A stretch of 36,101 bases of DNA from the NCBI GenBank assembly GCA_021737525.1, contig JAIPDU010000001.1, forward strand, positions 1 to 36,101, written 5' to 3'. Shown in pieces: positions 1 through 9,260 of the stretch. This DNA comes from Desulfohalobiaceae bacterium (GTDB taxonomy: Bacteria; Desulfobacterota; Desulfovibrionia; Desulfovibrionales; Desulfothermaceae). The position numbers and the translations under genes are program-made. Each line of letters begins with the position of its first letter. Within the stretch, counting starts at the first letter, position 1. A model generated the notes under the pieces. That model made no database searches. It saw nothing but the letters and a program-made list of their open reading frames with translations, and was not told the origin of the DNA.

Positions 1-374
1 AGGATGACACTCACCTTGGCCAGTTCCGTGGGTTGAAAGCTGATCGGGCCCAGGTCGATCCAGCGTTTGGCTCCGGAAATGGAGCTGCCGAAAAAAAGGA
101 CATAGGCCAGAAGGGCCAGGGTTGCGCCGTACAGGGGCCAGACCAGGCCCTTGAGATGCCGGTAGTCGAAAAAGATGATCACCGGGATCGTGGCCAAGCC
201 CAGGGCGAGCCAAAACATCTGCTTCCGATAGAAATGGGTTGTGGCCATGCCCTGGTCCAGACGCAGCGAGCCAGCGGAGTAGAGATTGAGGATGCCCACG
301 CCGGCCAAAAGCATGAGGAGCAGGAAAAGGGTCCAGTTGAAATGGGTCAGGGCCTTGCGGTCCAAAAGGGGCAT
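1..374 (-). CDS. rodA: SEDS-family peptidoglycan glycosyltransferase RodA, N-terminal part (gene continues beyond window start)
   Basis: Absent from ORF track because it is truncated. Minus-strand ATG at 374-372 translates to MPLLDRKALTHFNWTLFLLLMLLAGVGILNLYSAG...GAKRWIDLGPISFQPTELAKVSVIL. It is multi-TM with the FtsW/RodA-type RWIxLGxxxFQP(S/T)ELAK motif and lies 11 nt downstream of mrdA. Confidence 0.85.
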   Translation of the reverse strand, partial: MPLLDRKALTHFNWTLFLLLMLLAGVGILNLYSAGSLRLDQGMATTHFYRKQMFWLALGLATIPVIIFFDYRHLKGLVWPLYGATLALLAYVLFFGSSISGAKRWIDLGPISFQPTELAKVSVI

Positions 375-385
375 GGGGAATTGCC

Positions 386-2158
386 TCAGGGAAAGAGGTG
401 ATCGTAGACCGATTTGACCACCGGACCGGCAGCTGAGCTGCCGTGTCCGCCATGTTCGATCAGGGCCACGACAATGTATTTCTCCTTATCCCGGATCCCG
501 TAGCTCGCCATCCAGGCATGGTCCCGGAATTTGTAGGGAATGGCCGAGGTTTCCTCTTTCCGGTATTCGTCCTTGAGCTTTATGACCTGCGCCGTTCCCG
601 TTTTGCCGCCGATCAGGGCGTCCTTTCTGCGCAGACGCCAGGCGGTCCCGTGCGGTTCCTCAACCGTGGCCCGCATGCTTTTCAGCAGGAAGTTCAGGTC
701 ATCTCCGGAGAGGGGGAGCCTTTCCTGTTGGGCCGGCTTGTTCCGGACCAGGAGCTTGGGTTTCAGAAGGTGGCCTCCATTGACCAGGGCCGCCACGTAG
801 CGTGCGATCTGAAGCGGCGTGGTCAGGGTGTAGCCCTGGCCGATGGCGGTGTTCAGCGTTTCTCCCTTCTGCCAGGTACGGCCGATATGCCGCTTTTTCC
901 ACTCCCTGCTCGGGATAAGGCCCTTGTGCTCCTCCGGCAGCGGGATGCCCGTCTCCTGCTGGAATCCGTATCTCCTGGCGTATTCGGATATGGCATCGAT
1001 ACCGAGCTTTTCGCCCAGCTTGTAGAAATAGACGTCACAGGACTGCTTGATGGCCTCCCGGAGAGCGACGTCGCCGTGACCGCCGTTCTTCCAACAGCGA
1101 AAGACGCGGTTGCCCAGGCGATAGTATCCGGGGCAGTGGAGCTCCTCGTCCAGGGTTACGGTTTCACGCTGCAAAGCCGCGGAGGCGATCACGAGCTTGA
1201 AAACGGACCCCGGCGGATAGGCGCTTTGCACCGCCCGGTTGCGCAAGGGATCCCGGGGATTGCTCAGCAGCTTTTGCCACTTCTTTTGGGAAATGCCTTC
1301 CACAAAGGCATTGCCGTTGAATCCGGGCTTGCTCACCAGGGCCAGCACATCGCCGCTGTTGGGGCGCATGACCACCACGGCTCCGGAGTGCTCGCCCATC
1401 TCGCGCCATACATGGCGCTGTAGATCCGCATCAATGGTCAGCCGAATCGTTTCGCCGGGCTCGGGCTTGGTGACAATACGTTCCTTGAGCACTCTGCCCT
1501 GGGCATCCACCTCCAGGAATTTACCCCCCTTTTGTCCTTGGAGGATGCTGTCCAGAAACATTTCCAGGCCCTGCTTGCCCACGGTATCCCCGAGCTGTAG
1601 CTCGGGGTTCTCCCGCAGCTCTTGCTTATTGGCCTGCGCCACATAACCCAGGACGTGGGAAAAGACCGGTGCCTCGGGGTAATGGCGCTGCGGTCTAGTG
1701 ATGATTTGCAGCCCGGGCCAATTCATTAGGTGCGATTCGATCTTGGCCAGTTGCGCGAAGGAGAGACTGGGGACCAGGATGAGCGGCTTGAAGGACTTGA
1801 CCTGATTTTTCCCGTTATTATAGCGCCTTTCAAGCTCCTGTAAAGAGAGGCCGGTCCAATCGCTGATCCGGGACAGAGCGGCCTGGACATCACTACAGTC
1901 TTCCCGGACCAATCCCAGGGCGTAGGCGGGCTGATTCCCGGCCAGGATCTCTCCGTCCCTGTCCAGGAGGATTCCCCTCAGGGCATAAATGGAGCGTTCG
2001 CGCAACAGGTTCTGCTGGGCCTTGTCCGCGTATTCCCGTCCTTCCAGGATCTGGAGGTGCCACAGGCGGAGTAGGATGAGACAGAAAAGACCGAGCACAA
2101 GGACCTGGAGCAACAAATAGCCTCTACTGCTCGGCTCGCGGGGATCAGGATCGTGCAT
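386..2158 (-). CDS. mrdA: Penicillin-binding protein 2 (elongasome transpeptidase)
   Basis: 590-aa ORF with an N-terminal TM anchor and transpeptidase motifs SVFK (SxxK), SCD (SxD/N) and KTGT (KTG). Position is between mreD and rodA, and its start overlaps the mreD end by 14 nt. Confidence 0.9.
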   Translation of the reverse strand: MHDPDPREPSSRGYLLLQVLVLGLFCLILLRLWHLQILEGREYADKAQQNLLRERSIYALRGILLDRDGEILAGNQPAYALGLVREDCSDVQAALSRISDWTGLSLQELERRYNNGKNQVKSFKPLILVPSLSFAQLAKIESHLMNWPGLQIITRPQRHYPEAPVFSHVLGYVAQANKQELRENPELQLGDTVGKQGLEMFLDSILQGQKGGKFLEVDAQGRVLKERIVTKPEPGETIRLTIDADLQRHVWREMGEHSGAVVVMRPNSGDVLALVSKPGFNGNAFVEGISQKKWQKLLSNPRDPLRNRAVQSAYPPGSVFKLVIASAALQRETVTLDEELHCPGYYRLGNRVFRCWKNGGHGDVALREAIKQSCDVYFYKLGEKLGIDAISEYARRYGFQQETGIPLPEEHKGLIPSREWKKRHIGRTWQKGETLNTAIGQGYTLTTPLQIARYVAALVNGGHLLKPKLLVRNKPAQQERLPLSGDDLNFLLKSMRATVEEPHGTAWRLRRKDALIGGKTGTAQVIKLKDEYRKEETSAIPYKFRDHAWMASYGIRDKEKYIVVALIEHGGHGSSAAGPVVKSVYDHLFP

Positions 2159-2678
2159 GGCTTGGGGCTATCCGGAAATAATAGATTAAGCTGGCCAGGG
2201 CCCATATCACTGGGAATACGGCGGTTATCCGAACGCTTTGCAACAGGATTTGTTGCGAGAGGATATGGATGCCTTGCAGCGAACTAAGGAGGTGAACCAC
2301 GCCGAAATGCCACAGCCCGGCGAAGAGAGAGATGGAAAGGATGTACATGGGGCTGGTGATGTTGATGTAGGGCCGGATCAGGAGAAAAAAGTAGACCAGT
2401 CCCGCGTAGTAGAGCAGGGCGCTACCGAAGGGGAGGGATCCGGCCCCCTCCTGGAGCAGGACCCATATCGGCGCCAGCCAGAACAAGCTCTTGAAGCGCT
2501 CGGTCTGAAGGCATAGGAGCAGTCCTGGTCCAAAGCAGTCCACTCCGGGGATGGCGCCTTGTATCCAGATCCCGCAGAGGGTATATAGGGTCCACCAGAG
2601 GATTTCGCTCATGCCGAGGCCTCGTGCGGGGCCGTGCGGAGGGTTTTGTTCCGGGCCCCGGCTTGTCCTTCCCGTCAA
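2145..2678 (-). CDS. mreD: Rod shape-determining protein MreD (start uncertain: 2678 coupled to the mreC stop, or ATG at 2612)
   Basis: Small polytopic membrane protein directly after mreC. ATGA overlap with the mreC stop at 2675-2678. The hydrophobic core begins at MSEILWWTLYTLCGIW (alternative start 2612). Called from position and hydropathy. Confidence 0.65.
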   Translation of the reverse strand: MTGRTSRGPEQNPPHGPARGLGMSEILWWTLYTLCGIWIQGAIPGVDCFGPGLLLCLQTERFKSLFWLAPIWVLLQEGAGSLPFGSALLYYAGLVYFFLLIRPYINITSPMYILSISLFAGLWHFGVVHLLSSLQGIHILSQQILLQSVRITAVFPVIWALASLIYYFRIAPSHARS

Positions 2679-3550
2679 TCGCGGCGTAGAAGCGCAGCGG
2701 GATCGATGACGGAATCCATAGGCCTGTACCCGGTCGACCGATGGAGGAGAAGCACCTCCTCCAGGCCGCTGGGATCGGTCAGGAGCTCGGCCTCTACCTC
2801 CTGAAACAGGGAGTGACTGGGCTGTTCAATGTTTCGGATGCGGCCCACGGGAATCCCTTTGGGGAAGACCATGCCAAGCCCCGAGGTCACCACGATCTCC
2901 CCCTCGGAAAGGGGCATGTTCCGTGCCACGTAATCCAACTGCGGCGCGTTGCCGGTTCCCCTTCCTTTGAGAATGGCCTTGGTCCGGCTCTGCCTGCCGA
3001 TGACCGGGACCTTGCTGTTGGGGTCCGTTATGAGCAGGAGTTTGGAGAAATGGGAACTTGTTTTCAGGACTTGTCCCACCAAGCCGGTGGGTGTCAGTGC
3101 TGGCATTCCGGGGTGTACGGCATCCGCGTAGCCCTTGTTCAGGAGCACGGTCTGCAGGGCGTCCGGAGTGCTCATTCTTTGACCCACGATACGGGCGCCT
3201 GTACAGTCCCAGTCCGGAGGTGGGGAGAATCCGAGGAATTCGCTGAGCCTTTCCGCTTCCGCAGCCCGGCTTCGTAGACGCATCTGCCGAATTTCGAGCT
3301 CTTGTACGCGTTGTCTGAGCCGCTCGTTCTCCCGGCGAACGTGGAGGAGTGCGATGTAGTCCTGCCACAGGTCCCGGCTCGTGTGCTGGATCCAATCCAC
3401 TGGGGCAACAATCCAGCCCACGGCCTCGAGTCCCGTCCTGTTGGCCAGGCTATCCAAAAAGCCCGTTCTACGGTTGATCGTATAAAGGCACAGATAGAGC
3501 GCGAGGGGAAGCAGGAGCAGGGCTATGAGCTTGGATTTTGTACCGGACAA
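2675..3550 (-). CDS. mreC: Rod shape-determining protein MreC (TTG start)
   Basis: 291 aa with an N-terminal TM, a coiled-coil segment (RRENERLRQRVQELEIRQMRLRS) and the conserved LLITDPNSKVPV block. It begins 1 nt after the mreB stop. Confidence 0.85.
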   Translation of the reverse strand: MSGTKSKLIALLLLPLALYLCLYTINRRTGFLDSLANRTGLEAVGWIVAPVDWIQHTSRDLWQDYIALLHVRRENERLRQRVQELEIRQMRLRSRAAEAERLSEFLGFSPPPDWDCTGARIVGQRMSTPDALQTVLLNKGYADAVHPGMPALTPTGLVGQVLKTSSHFSKLLLITDPNSKVPVIGRQSRTKAILKGRGTGNAPQLDYVARNMPLSEGEIVVTSGLGMVFPKGIPVGRIRNIEQPSHSLFQEVEAELLTDPSGLEEVLLLHRSTGYRPMDSVIDPAALLRRD

Positions 3551-3551
3551 G

Positions 3552-4628
<1,077 letters not shown>

Positions 4629-4904
4629 TCACTAGAGTTGTATTTTCCCTCATGGGAAAGGCTTGTCCTCAAGGGACAGTCCCTGTGTTTGCTTCCCTTC
4701 CCTGTATCCGGGGACGCCAGCAGGACCGTGGCCCTGAATGTGGGGAGATGAAGGGCGTTGTTCGCGGGTGTCCGCAGCCCCCATCGCGGAAGGTCAATAC
4801 ATTCATGTTTTACAAGCAAGCGGTAAAAATGACAACCCTTAATTTGTGCGCTACAGCTTTTTTCCGGGGACTCACCAAGGCCAGTCAGGGAAAAGGGGAA
4901 CCGA

Positions 4905-5387
4905 ATGCGCGATGTCTTGATCCAGCCTCCGCTACGCCTCGAGCTGGACTGGTGCGGAAGCCGGGTCCGGCACATTGATTTGGGCTGGGCCGGTGCTTGC
5001 AAGGAGGAGGACTCCATCCGGGAAAGCCGGTTTGCCGGAGAGACAGCCCGTTTTTTGGGGGCCTATGTGCGCGGCGAACCCTGCATTGTGCCGGGGATTC
5101 CCCTAGCTTGGCACAGGGTGCGGGGCTTTGCCGGAGATGTGCTCTCCACGCTGTACCATTGTGTTGCGCGCGGGGAATGGATCAGTTATTCCGGTTTGGC
5201 CGGCTTGTGCGGCGTGCCCGGAGGTGCCAGGGCCGTGGGCGGGGTAATGAGCCGCAATCCCTGGCCCCTGCTGGTTCCCTGCCACAGGGTGCTTCGCAGC
5301 AACGGGCAAATAGGGGGGTTCTCTTCCGGGGTCGGGCTGAAGCGGTTCCTCCTGAGCCTCGAGGGTGTCGACCCGGACAAGCCCTGA
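4905..5387 (+). CDS. ogt: Methylated-DNA--protein-cysteine methyltransferase (Ogt/MGMT family)
   Basis: 160 aa with active-site VPCHRVL followed by GxxGGFSSG. ATG at 4905 is preceded by AGGGG. Confidence 0.85.
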   Translation: MRDVLIQPPLRLELDWCGSRVRHIDLGWAGACKEEDSIRESRFAGETARFLGAYVRGEPCIVPGIPLAWHRVRGFAGDVLSTLYHCVARGEWISYSGLAGLCGVPGGARAVGGVMSRNPWPLLVPCHRVLRSNGQIGGFSSGVGLKRFLLSLEGVDPDKP

Positions 5388-5445
5388 AGCGGTCCGCGGG
5401 TAATTGCCACAAGGAGCTCAGCGGGCTTCTTTTCGCGTTGGCATT

Positions 5446-5496
5446 CACGGGGTCCCTTATCGCGAGGAGGCGCCGGTTCCGGATTTTCCACGGCTC
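5446..5496 (+). repeat. Degenerate relic of the repeat family defined at 17830-18157
   Basis: CCGGTTCCGGATTTTCCACGGCTC (5473-5496) matches CCGGTTCTGGATTTTCTAACGCTC (17890-17913) at 20 of 24 positions. CACGGGGT lies 19 nt upstream, the same spacing as CGCGGGGT in the master copy. Confidence 0.35.
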
Positions 5497-5506
5497 ATCC
5501 GCCGGC

Positions 5507-6334
5507 TCAATCATCCGGGGAACAGTAGCCCACAACGGAAATGTCCTGTGCGTCAGCGAGCTCAATTGCGTCCTGGCGATCGAAGAACAGACACTCTTCG
5601 GCCTCCAAAGCCAGACAGGAGGCTCCGGCCTGGACCATGCTGCGGATGGTTTGAAGGCCCACCGCGGGCTGGTCTATGGTCTCCGTTTGACCAGGCTTGA
5701 ACACCTTGATCACCACGCATCCGGGTCCCGCCAGCTCCCCGGCCCGGAGAATGGTCGCGTCGCTGCCCTCCACGGCCTCAACCGCGATCACGATGTTGTC
5801 CTTGACCACCAGGCACTGTCCGATATCCAGGGATCCTATCTCCTTGGCCAGGGGCCAGCCGAAGCTGATATCAGCCTCTTCCTTTTTGCTCGGCTTCCTT
5901 TTGCCCAGGATCCCTTCGGGGGTTTTGAGGGCGGGAACAAAGGAAAGGGGTGAGAGGACCTCGATTCCTTCGTTGCGGAGCGTGTGGATCAGGGCCTGAA
6001 AAATCTCCCCGTCGTGTTTGCTCCTGGTCCGGAACAGGAGCCTGGCCGCCCGGAAGTCCGGAATCATGCCCAGGGCCTTGGGCTTGTTGATGGGGCCGGC
6101 GAAAACGACCCGGTCCACGTCGTTGTCCTTGAAGTAGGTCAGGAGCTTGCCCAGTTGTCCCAGTCTGAGCCAGACCATACTGTCCGCGACGGCATACAGC
6201 TCCTCGCTGGTATGTTCCCGGAAGCCGGCCGCAACGATCCGGTACCCCTGTTGGCGGATGCCCTGGGAAACGAGAAAGGGGAATCGCCCTTCTCCGGCAA
6301 TCAATCCGATGGCCCTGCGACTGGTCCCGTTCAT
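5507..6334 (-). CDS. lpxI: UDP-2,3-diacylglucosamine diphosphatase LpxI (DUF1009 family)
   Basis: 275 aa with N-terminus IGLIAGEGRFPFLV and C-terminal block VIKVFKPGQTETIDQPAVGLQTI, both typical of LpxI. ATGA overlap with the lpxA stop. Confidence 0.8.
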   Translation of the reverse strand: MNGTSRRAIGLIAGEGRFPFLVSQGIRQQGYRIVAAGFREHTSEELYAVADSMVWLRLGQLGKLLTYFKDNDVDRVVFAGPINKPKALGMIPDFRAARLLFRTRSKHDGEIFQALIHTLRNEGIEVLSPLSFVPALKTPEGILGKRKPSKKEEADISFGWPLAKEIGSLDIGQCLVVKDNIVIAVEAVEGSDATILRAGELAGPGCVVIKVFKPGQTETIDQPAVGLQTIRSMVQAGASCLALEAEECLFFDRQDAIELADAQDISVVGYCSPDD

Positions 6335-7116
6335 TTGGATCGAATGATCCCCCGTTCGCTGTTTTGAACGAAGGCGAGCAATTGCTCGATCTCCGGGCTG
6401 CTGCCTATCTCGGAATGGATGCGGCGAATGGCCTCCTCCTTGTTCAAGCCGGACCGCCAGAGGAGCTTGTGCGCCTTTTTCAGATTGGTCAGCTGTTCCC
6501 GGCTATATCCCAGGCGTTTCAGCCCGACCAGATTCACCCCCTGCACCCATCCGCGTTCTCCGGCAACGAGCATAAAAGGCGGGACGTCCTGAGCCACGCC
6601 GGTCATACCGCCGATGTAGGCGTGTCTGCCGATGTGGACAAACTGGTGCACGGCACACAGTCCGCCAAGGGCCGCTCCGTCGTCGATGCTCACGTGTCCG
6701 GCCAGATTGACTGCGTTGGCCAGGATGACTCCGTTGCCGAGAAGACAGTCGTGGGCCAGATGGGCATAGGCCATGATCAGACAGCCCGAGCCGATACGCG
6801 TGATGGATCCCCCCTCCAGGGATCCACGATTCAGGCTGGCATATTCCCGAATACGATTATCGTCGCCGATTTCCAGGGAGCTCGTTTCGCCCTTGTATTT
6901 AAGATCCTGGGGAATCCCTCCCAAACAGGCATAGGAGTGGATGGCATTCCGGCGCCCGATGCTGGTGTGGTCCTTGATTTGGACAAAGGAGTCTATCCAG
7001 GTTTCATCCGCTATACGGACCTTGTTCTCGATAACGCTGAACGGCCCGACTGTTACCTTCTCTCCAAGCTCCGCCTGCGAGCTCACCACGGCGGTGGGAT
7101 GGATCTCGGTCCCCAT
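6331..7116 (-). CDS. lpxA: Acyl-ACP--UDP-N-acetylglucosamine O-acyltransferase
   Basis: 261 aa with IHPTAVV at the start, left-handed beta-helix hexapeptide repeats, and PQDLKYKGE...IGDDNRIREY block. It abuts the fabZ stop with no gap. Confidence 0.93.
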   Translation of the reverse strand: MGTEIHPTAVVSSQAELGEKVTVGPFSVIENKVRIADETWIDSFVQIKDHTSIGRRNAIHSYACLGGIPQDLKYKGETSSLEIGDDNRIREYASLNRGSLEGGSITRIGSGCLIMAYAHLAHDCLLGNGVILANAVNLAGHVSIDDGAALGGLCAVHQFVHIGRHAYIGGMTGVAQDVPPFMLVAGERGWVQGVNLVGLKRLGYSREQLTNLKKAHKLLWRSGLNKEEAIRRIHSEIGSSPEIEQLLAFVQNSERGIIRSK

Positions 7117-7578
7117 TTAGGCTTCCTCCCTTGCGACAACGGATGCGGTCAACTTGGCCTGAGCGGCGGTTTCCCCCCGGACCACGGCTTCGGTCTCCAT
7201 CTTCCAGAGGTTGATCTTGTGCCGCACCTGGCGGACTTGGAGGATCATCTGATCTCCGGGATAGACAGGCTTGCGGAATCTGGCCTTTTCGATTCCGCTG
7301 AAGAGGAAGATGGCGTTCTGAGGCACTTCCTCGACACTCTTGAGGATAAGCAACCCTCCGGCCTGGGCCAGGGCCTCGATGATCAAAACGCCAGGCATAA
7401 CCGGATATTCCGGAAAGTGTCCCTGAAAGAAGGGTTCGTTGAGGCTGACGTTCTTCACGGCCGTGAGCCGGGTTGCCGGCTCGAACTCCTCGATGCGGTC
7501 CACCAGCAGGAAGGGATAGCGATGAGGGAGGAGCCTCATAATCTCGTGAGGGGAAAAGTCATCTTTCATGGGACTCAT
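7117..7578 (-). CDS. fabZ: 3-hydroxyacyl-ACP dehydratase FabZ
   Basis: This is the C-terminal 153 aa of the 431-aa track ORF. MSPMKDDF...LPHRYPFLLVDRI...FFQGHFP...PVMPGVLIIEALAQ is the canonical FabZ signature. ATG at 7578 forms an ATGA overlap with the lpxD stop. Confidence 0.93.
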   Translation of the reverse strand: MSPMKDDFSPHEIMRLLPHRYPFLLVDRIEEFEPATRLTAVKNVSLNEPFFQGHFPEYPVMPGVLIIEALAQAGGLLILKSVEEVPQNAIFLFSGIEKARFRKPVYPGDQMILQVRQVRHKINLWKMETEAVVRGETAAQAKLTASVVAREEA

Positions 7579-8618
7579 TTGCTTGTCTCCTTCCTCTCCA
7601 GTTCCGCCCTGAGCTTGTCGCATTCCGCTTCCAGTCTTTTGAGGCGGTGGTACATTTCCGGGAGCTTGGGTTGAATGCTGGCAAAACGCAGGAAATCCCT
7701 GTGTTCCATGGCAGGGTATCCGGACAGCTCGGAACCAGGCTTCACGTTGCGGTGGATGCCGGTTTTGGCCCCCACCCGGCTCCCGGAGCCGATGGTAAGA
7801 TGACCACTGACCCCGACCTGGCCGGCCAAGACAACGTTGTCCTCGACAGTGGTGCTCCCGGCAATGCCCACTTGAGCCACCACGATCACATTGCGGCCAA
7901 GGGTAACGTTGTGCCCGAGCTGGACCTGATTGTCGATCTTGCTTCCCTGTCCGACACGCGTCTCTCCCAGGGTTCCCCGATCCACGGTGCTGTTGGCGCC
8001 GATCTCCACGTCGGACTCCACTACGACCCGGCCCATCTGGGGAACCTTTTCCGGGCCGGTTTCGCTCTGGGCAAAGCCGAACCCGTCGCTGCCGAGCACG
8101 ACTCCTGAATGGAGCGTGACTCTGTCCCCGAGCTGTGTTCCGTGCATGAGCGTTACATTGGCATAAAGACGGCAATCTCGCCCAACATGGCACTCCTGCT
8201 CCAGGGTGGTTCCGGAGTGGATGACGCTTCCGGAGCGGACAACCGCGCGGGGACCAATGGATACAAAGGGGTGGATGGTGCTGTTTTCCTCGATGTGCGC
8301 CTCGGGATGGACAAAGGCGAATTCGCTGATACCCGGGGCTTCCTTTTCCTTTGCGGAAAAAAGGCGCATGATCTTGGCGAAATCTAGGTATGGATTGGAG
8401 GTTATGAGGCACACGGAATGCATGTCCCTGTACTCTGGAGCAAGGACAACGGCTCCGGCACGAGTGGAATTCAACCGGGCGGCGTATTTGGGATTGGCCA
8501 GGAAACTGATTTCATCAGCTCCGGCGAGCTCCAGGGTGTTGCATCCGTTGATGCGGATGTCATCTCCCTGGAGCTCGCATCCCAGATGCTCCGCGAGTTC
8601 GCTTAGCAGGAAGGTCAT
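7575..8618 (-). CDS. lpxD: UDP-3-O-acylglucosamine N-acyltransferase
   Basis: 347 aa with an N-terminal LpxD domain, long hexapeptide-repeat region and C-terminal helix. ATGA overlap with the skp stop. Confidence 0.93.
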   Translation of the reverse strand: MTFLLSELAEHLGCELQGDDIRINGCNTLELAGADEISFLANPKYAARLNSTRAGAVVLAPEYRDMHSVCLITSNPYLDFAKIMRLFSAKEKEAPGISEFAFVHPEAHIEENSTIHPFVSIGPRAVVRSGSVIHSGTTLEQECHVGRDCRLYANVTLMHGTQLGDRVTLHSGVVLGSDGFGFAQSETGPEKVPQMGRVVVESDVEIGANSTVDRGTLGETRVGQGSKIDNQVQLGHNVTLGRNVIVVAQVGIAGSTTVEDNVVLAGQVGVSGHLTIGSGSRVGAKTGIHRNVKPGSELSGYPAMEHRDFLRFASIQPKLPEMYHRLKRLEAECDKLRAELERKETSK

Positions 8619-9163
8619 TCTTTTGAGCTCTCTATCTCTTTATCCCGTTTTTTCCAAGCCTTGTTCAACTTTTGAATTATGGTTTCCGTGATTTCCATAT
8701 TTTCTTTATTGTACATAATGCCACTGTTCTTCTTGTCCATGATGAGATCATAACCTTTTTTCTTTCCGTACTTCTGTATAACATCAAGTAGTACATCGAT
8801 AATAGGTTCTCGAACTTCTTTCTCTTTTTGTTTCATCTTTTGTTGGTATTGTTGATAGGATGACCTGAACTCTTGCGCTTGCCGTTGGAACTTTGTTCTT
8901 TTATTTTGCTTTGCTTCTTCACTAAGCATCATGCTTTGTTCTTGAATTTCCTGTTTGAGTTTGTCCAGAGATTGTTTCTTCTTTTTAAGCTCAGAGCCTA
9001 TCTCTTTTTGATAGTCTTGTATCATCTGCATTGCCTTTTTTCCTGGCTCCGACTTCTGAAGGACGGCTTGCAGATCAATAACAGCGATTTGAGCCGCCCA
9101 GACTTGAACAGGAAAAGCGACCATAAAACAAAGAACACATGTTGCCGAAATTATTCTTTTCAT
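8615..9163 (-). CDS. skp: Periplasmic chaperone Skp/OmpH
   Basis: 182 aa with a signal peptide (VLCFMVAFPVQVWA) and a K/E/Q-rich coiled-coil body. Classic position between bamA and lpxD. GGAGAAAGG SD. Confidence 0.85.
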   Translation of the reverse strand: MKRIISATCVLCFMVAFPVQVWAAQIAVIDLQAVLQKSEPGKKAMQMIQDYQKEIGSELKKKKQSLDKLKQEIQEQSMMLSEEAKQNKRTKFQRQAQEFRSSYQQYQQKMKQKEKEVREPIIDVLLDVIQKYGKKKGYDLIMDKKNSGIMYNKENMEITETIIQKLNKAWKKRDKEIESSKE

Positions 9164-9260
9164 ACCTTTCTCCTTTTTCCAGAAAATGAATTCAGGTTGT
9201 CAATGGGCTCGTTTCCGTGGTCGAAACAAGGAATGTATTTTCCATGTGATTAGGCAGGTC

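Noticed and set aside
33-401. 122-aa plus-strand ORF at the window start
   Set aside because: It is antisense to the rodA N-terminus, which has the conserved SEDS motif. Its composition is Gly/Gln/Glu/Lys-rich without hydrophobic structure.
4768-4775. GTGTCCGC, identical to the terminal 8-mer of the palindromic element, in the mreB-ogt spacer
   Set aside because: An 8-mer is expected about once by chance in 72 kb of two-strand sequence, and the flanks show no further similarity to the element.
7117-8412. 431-aa minus-strand ORF in the track
   Set aside because: Only the last 153 aa (from ATG 7578) is FabZ. The upstream 278 aa is an out-of-frame read through lpxD with Arg/Gly/Pro-rich nonsense composition. 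lpxD occupies 7575-8618 in another frame.
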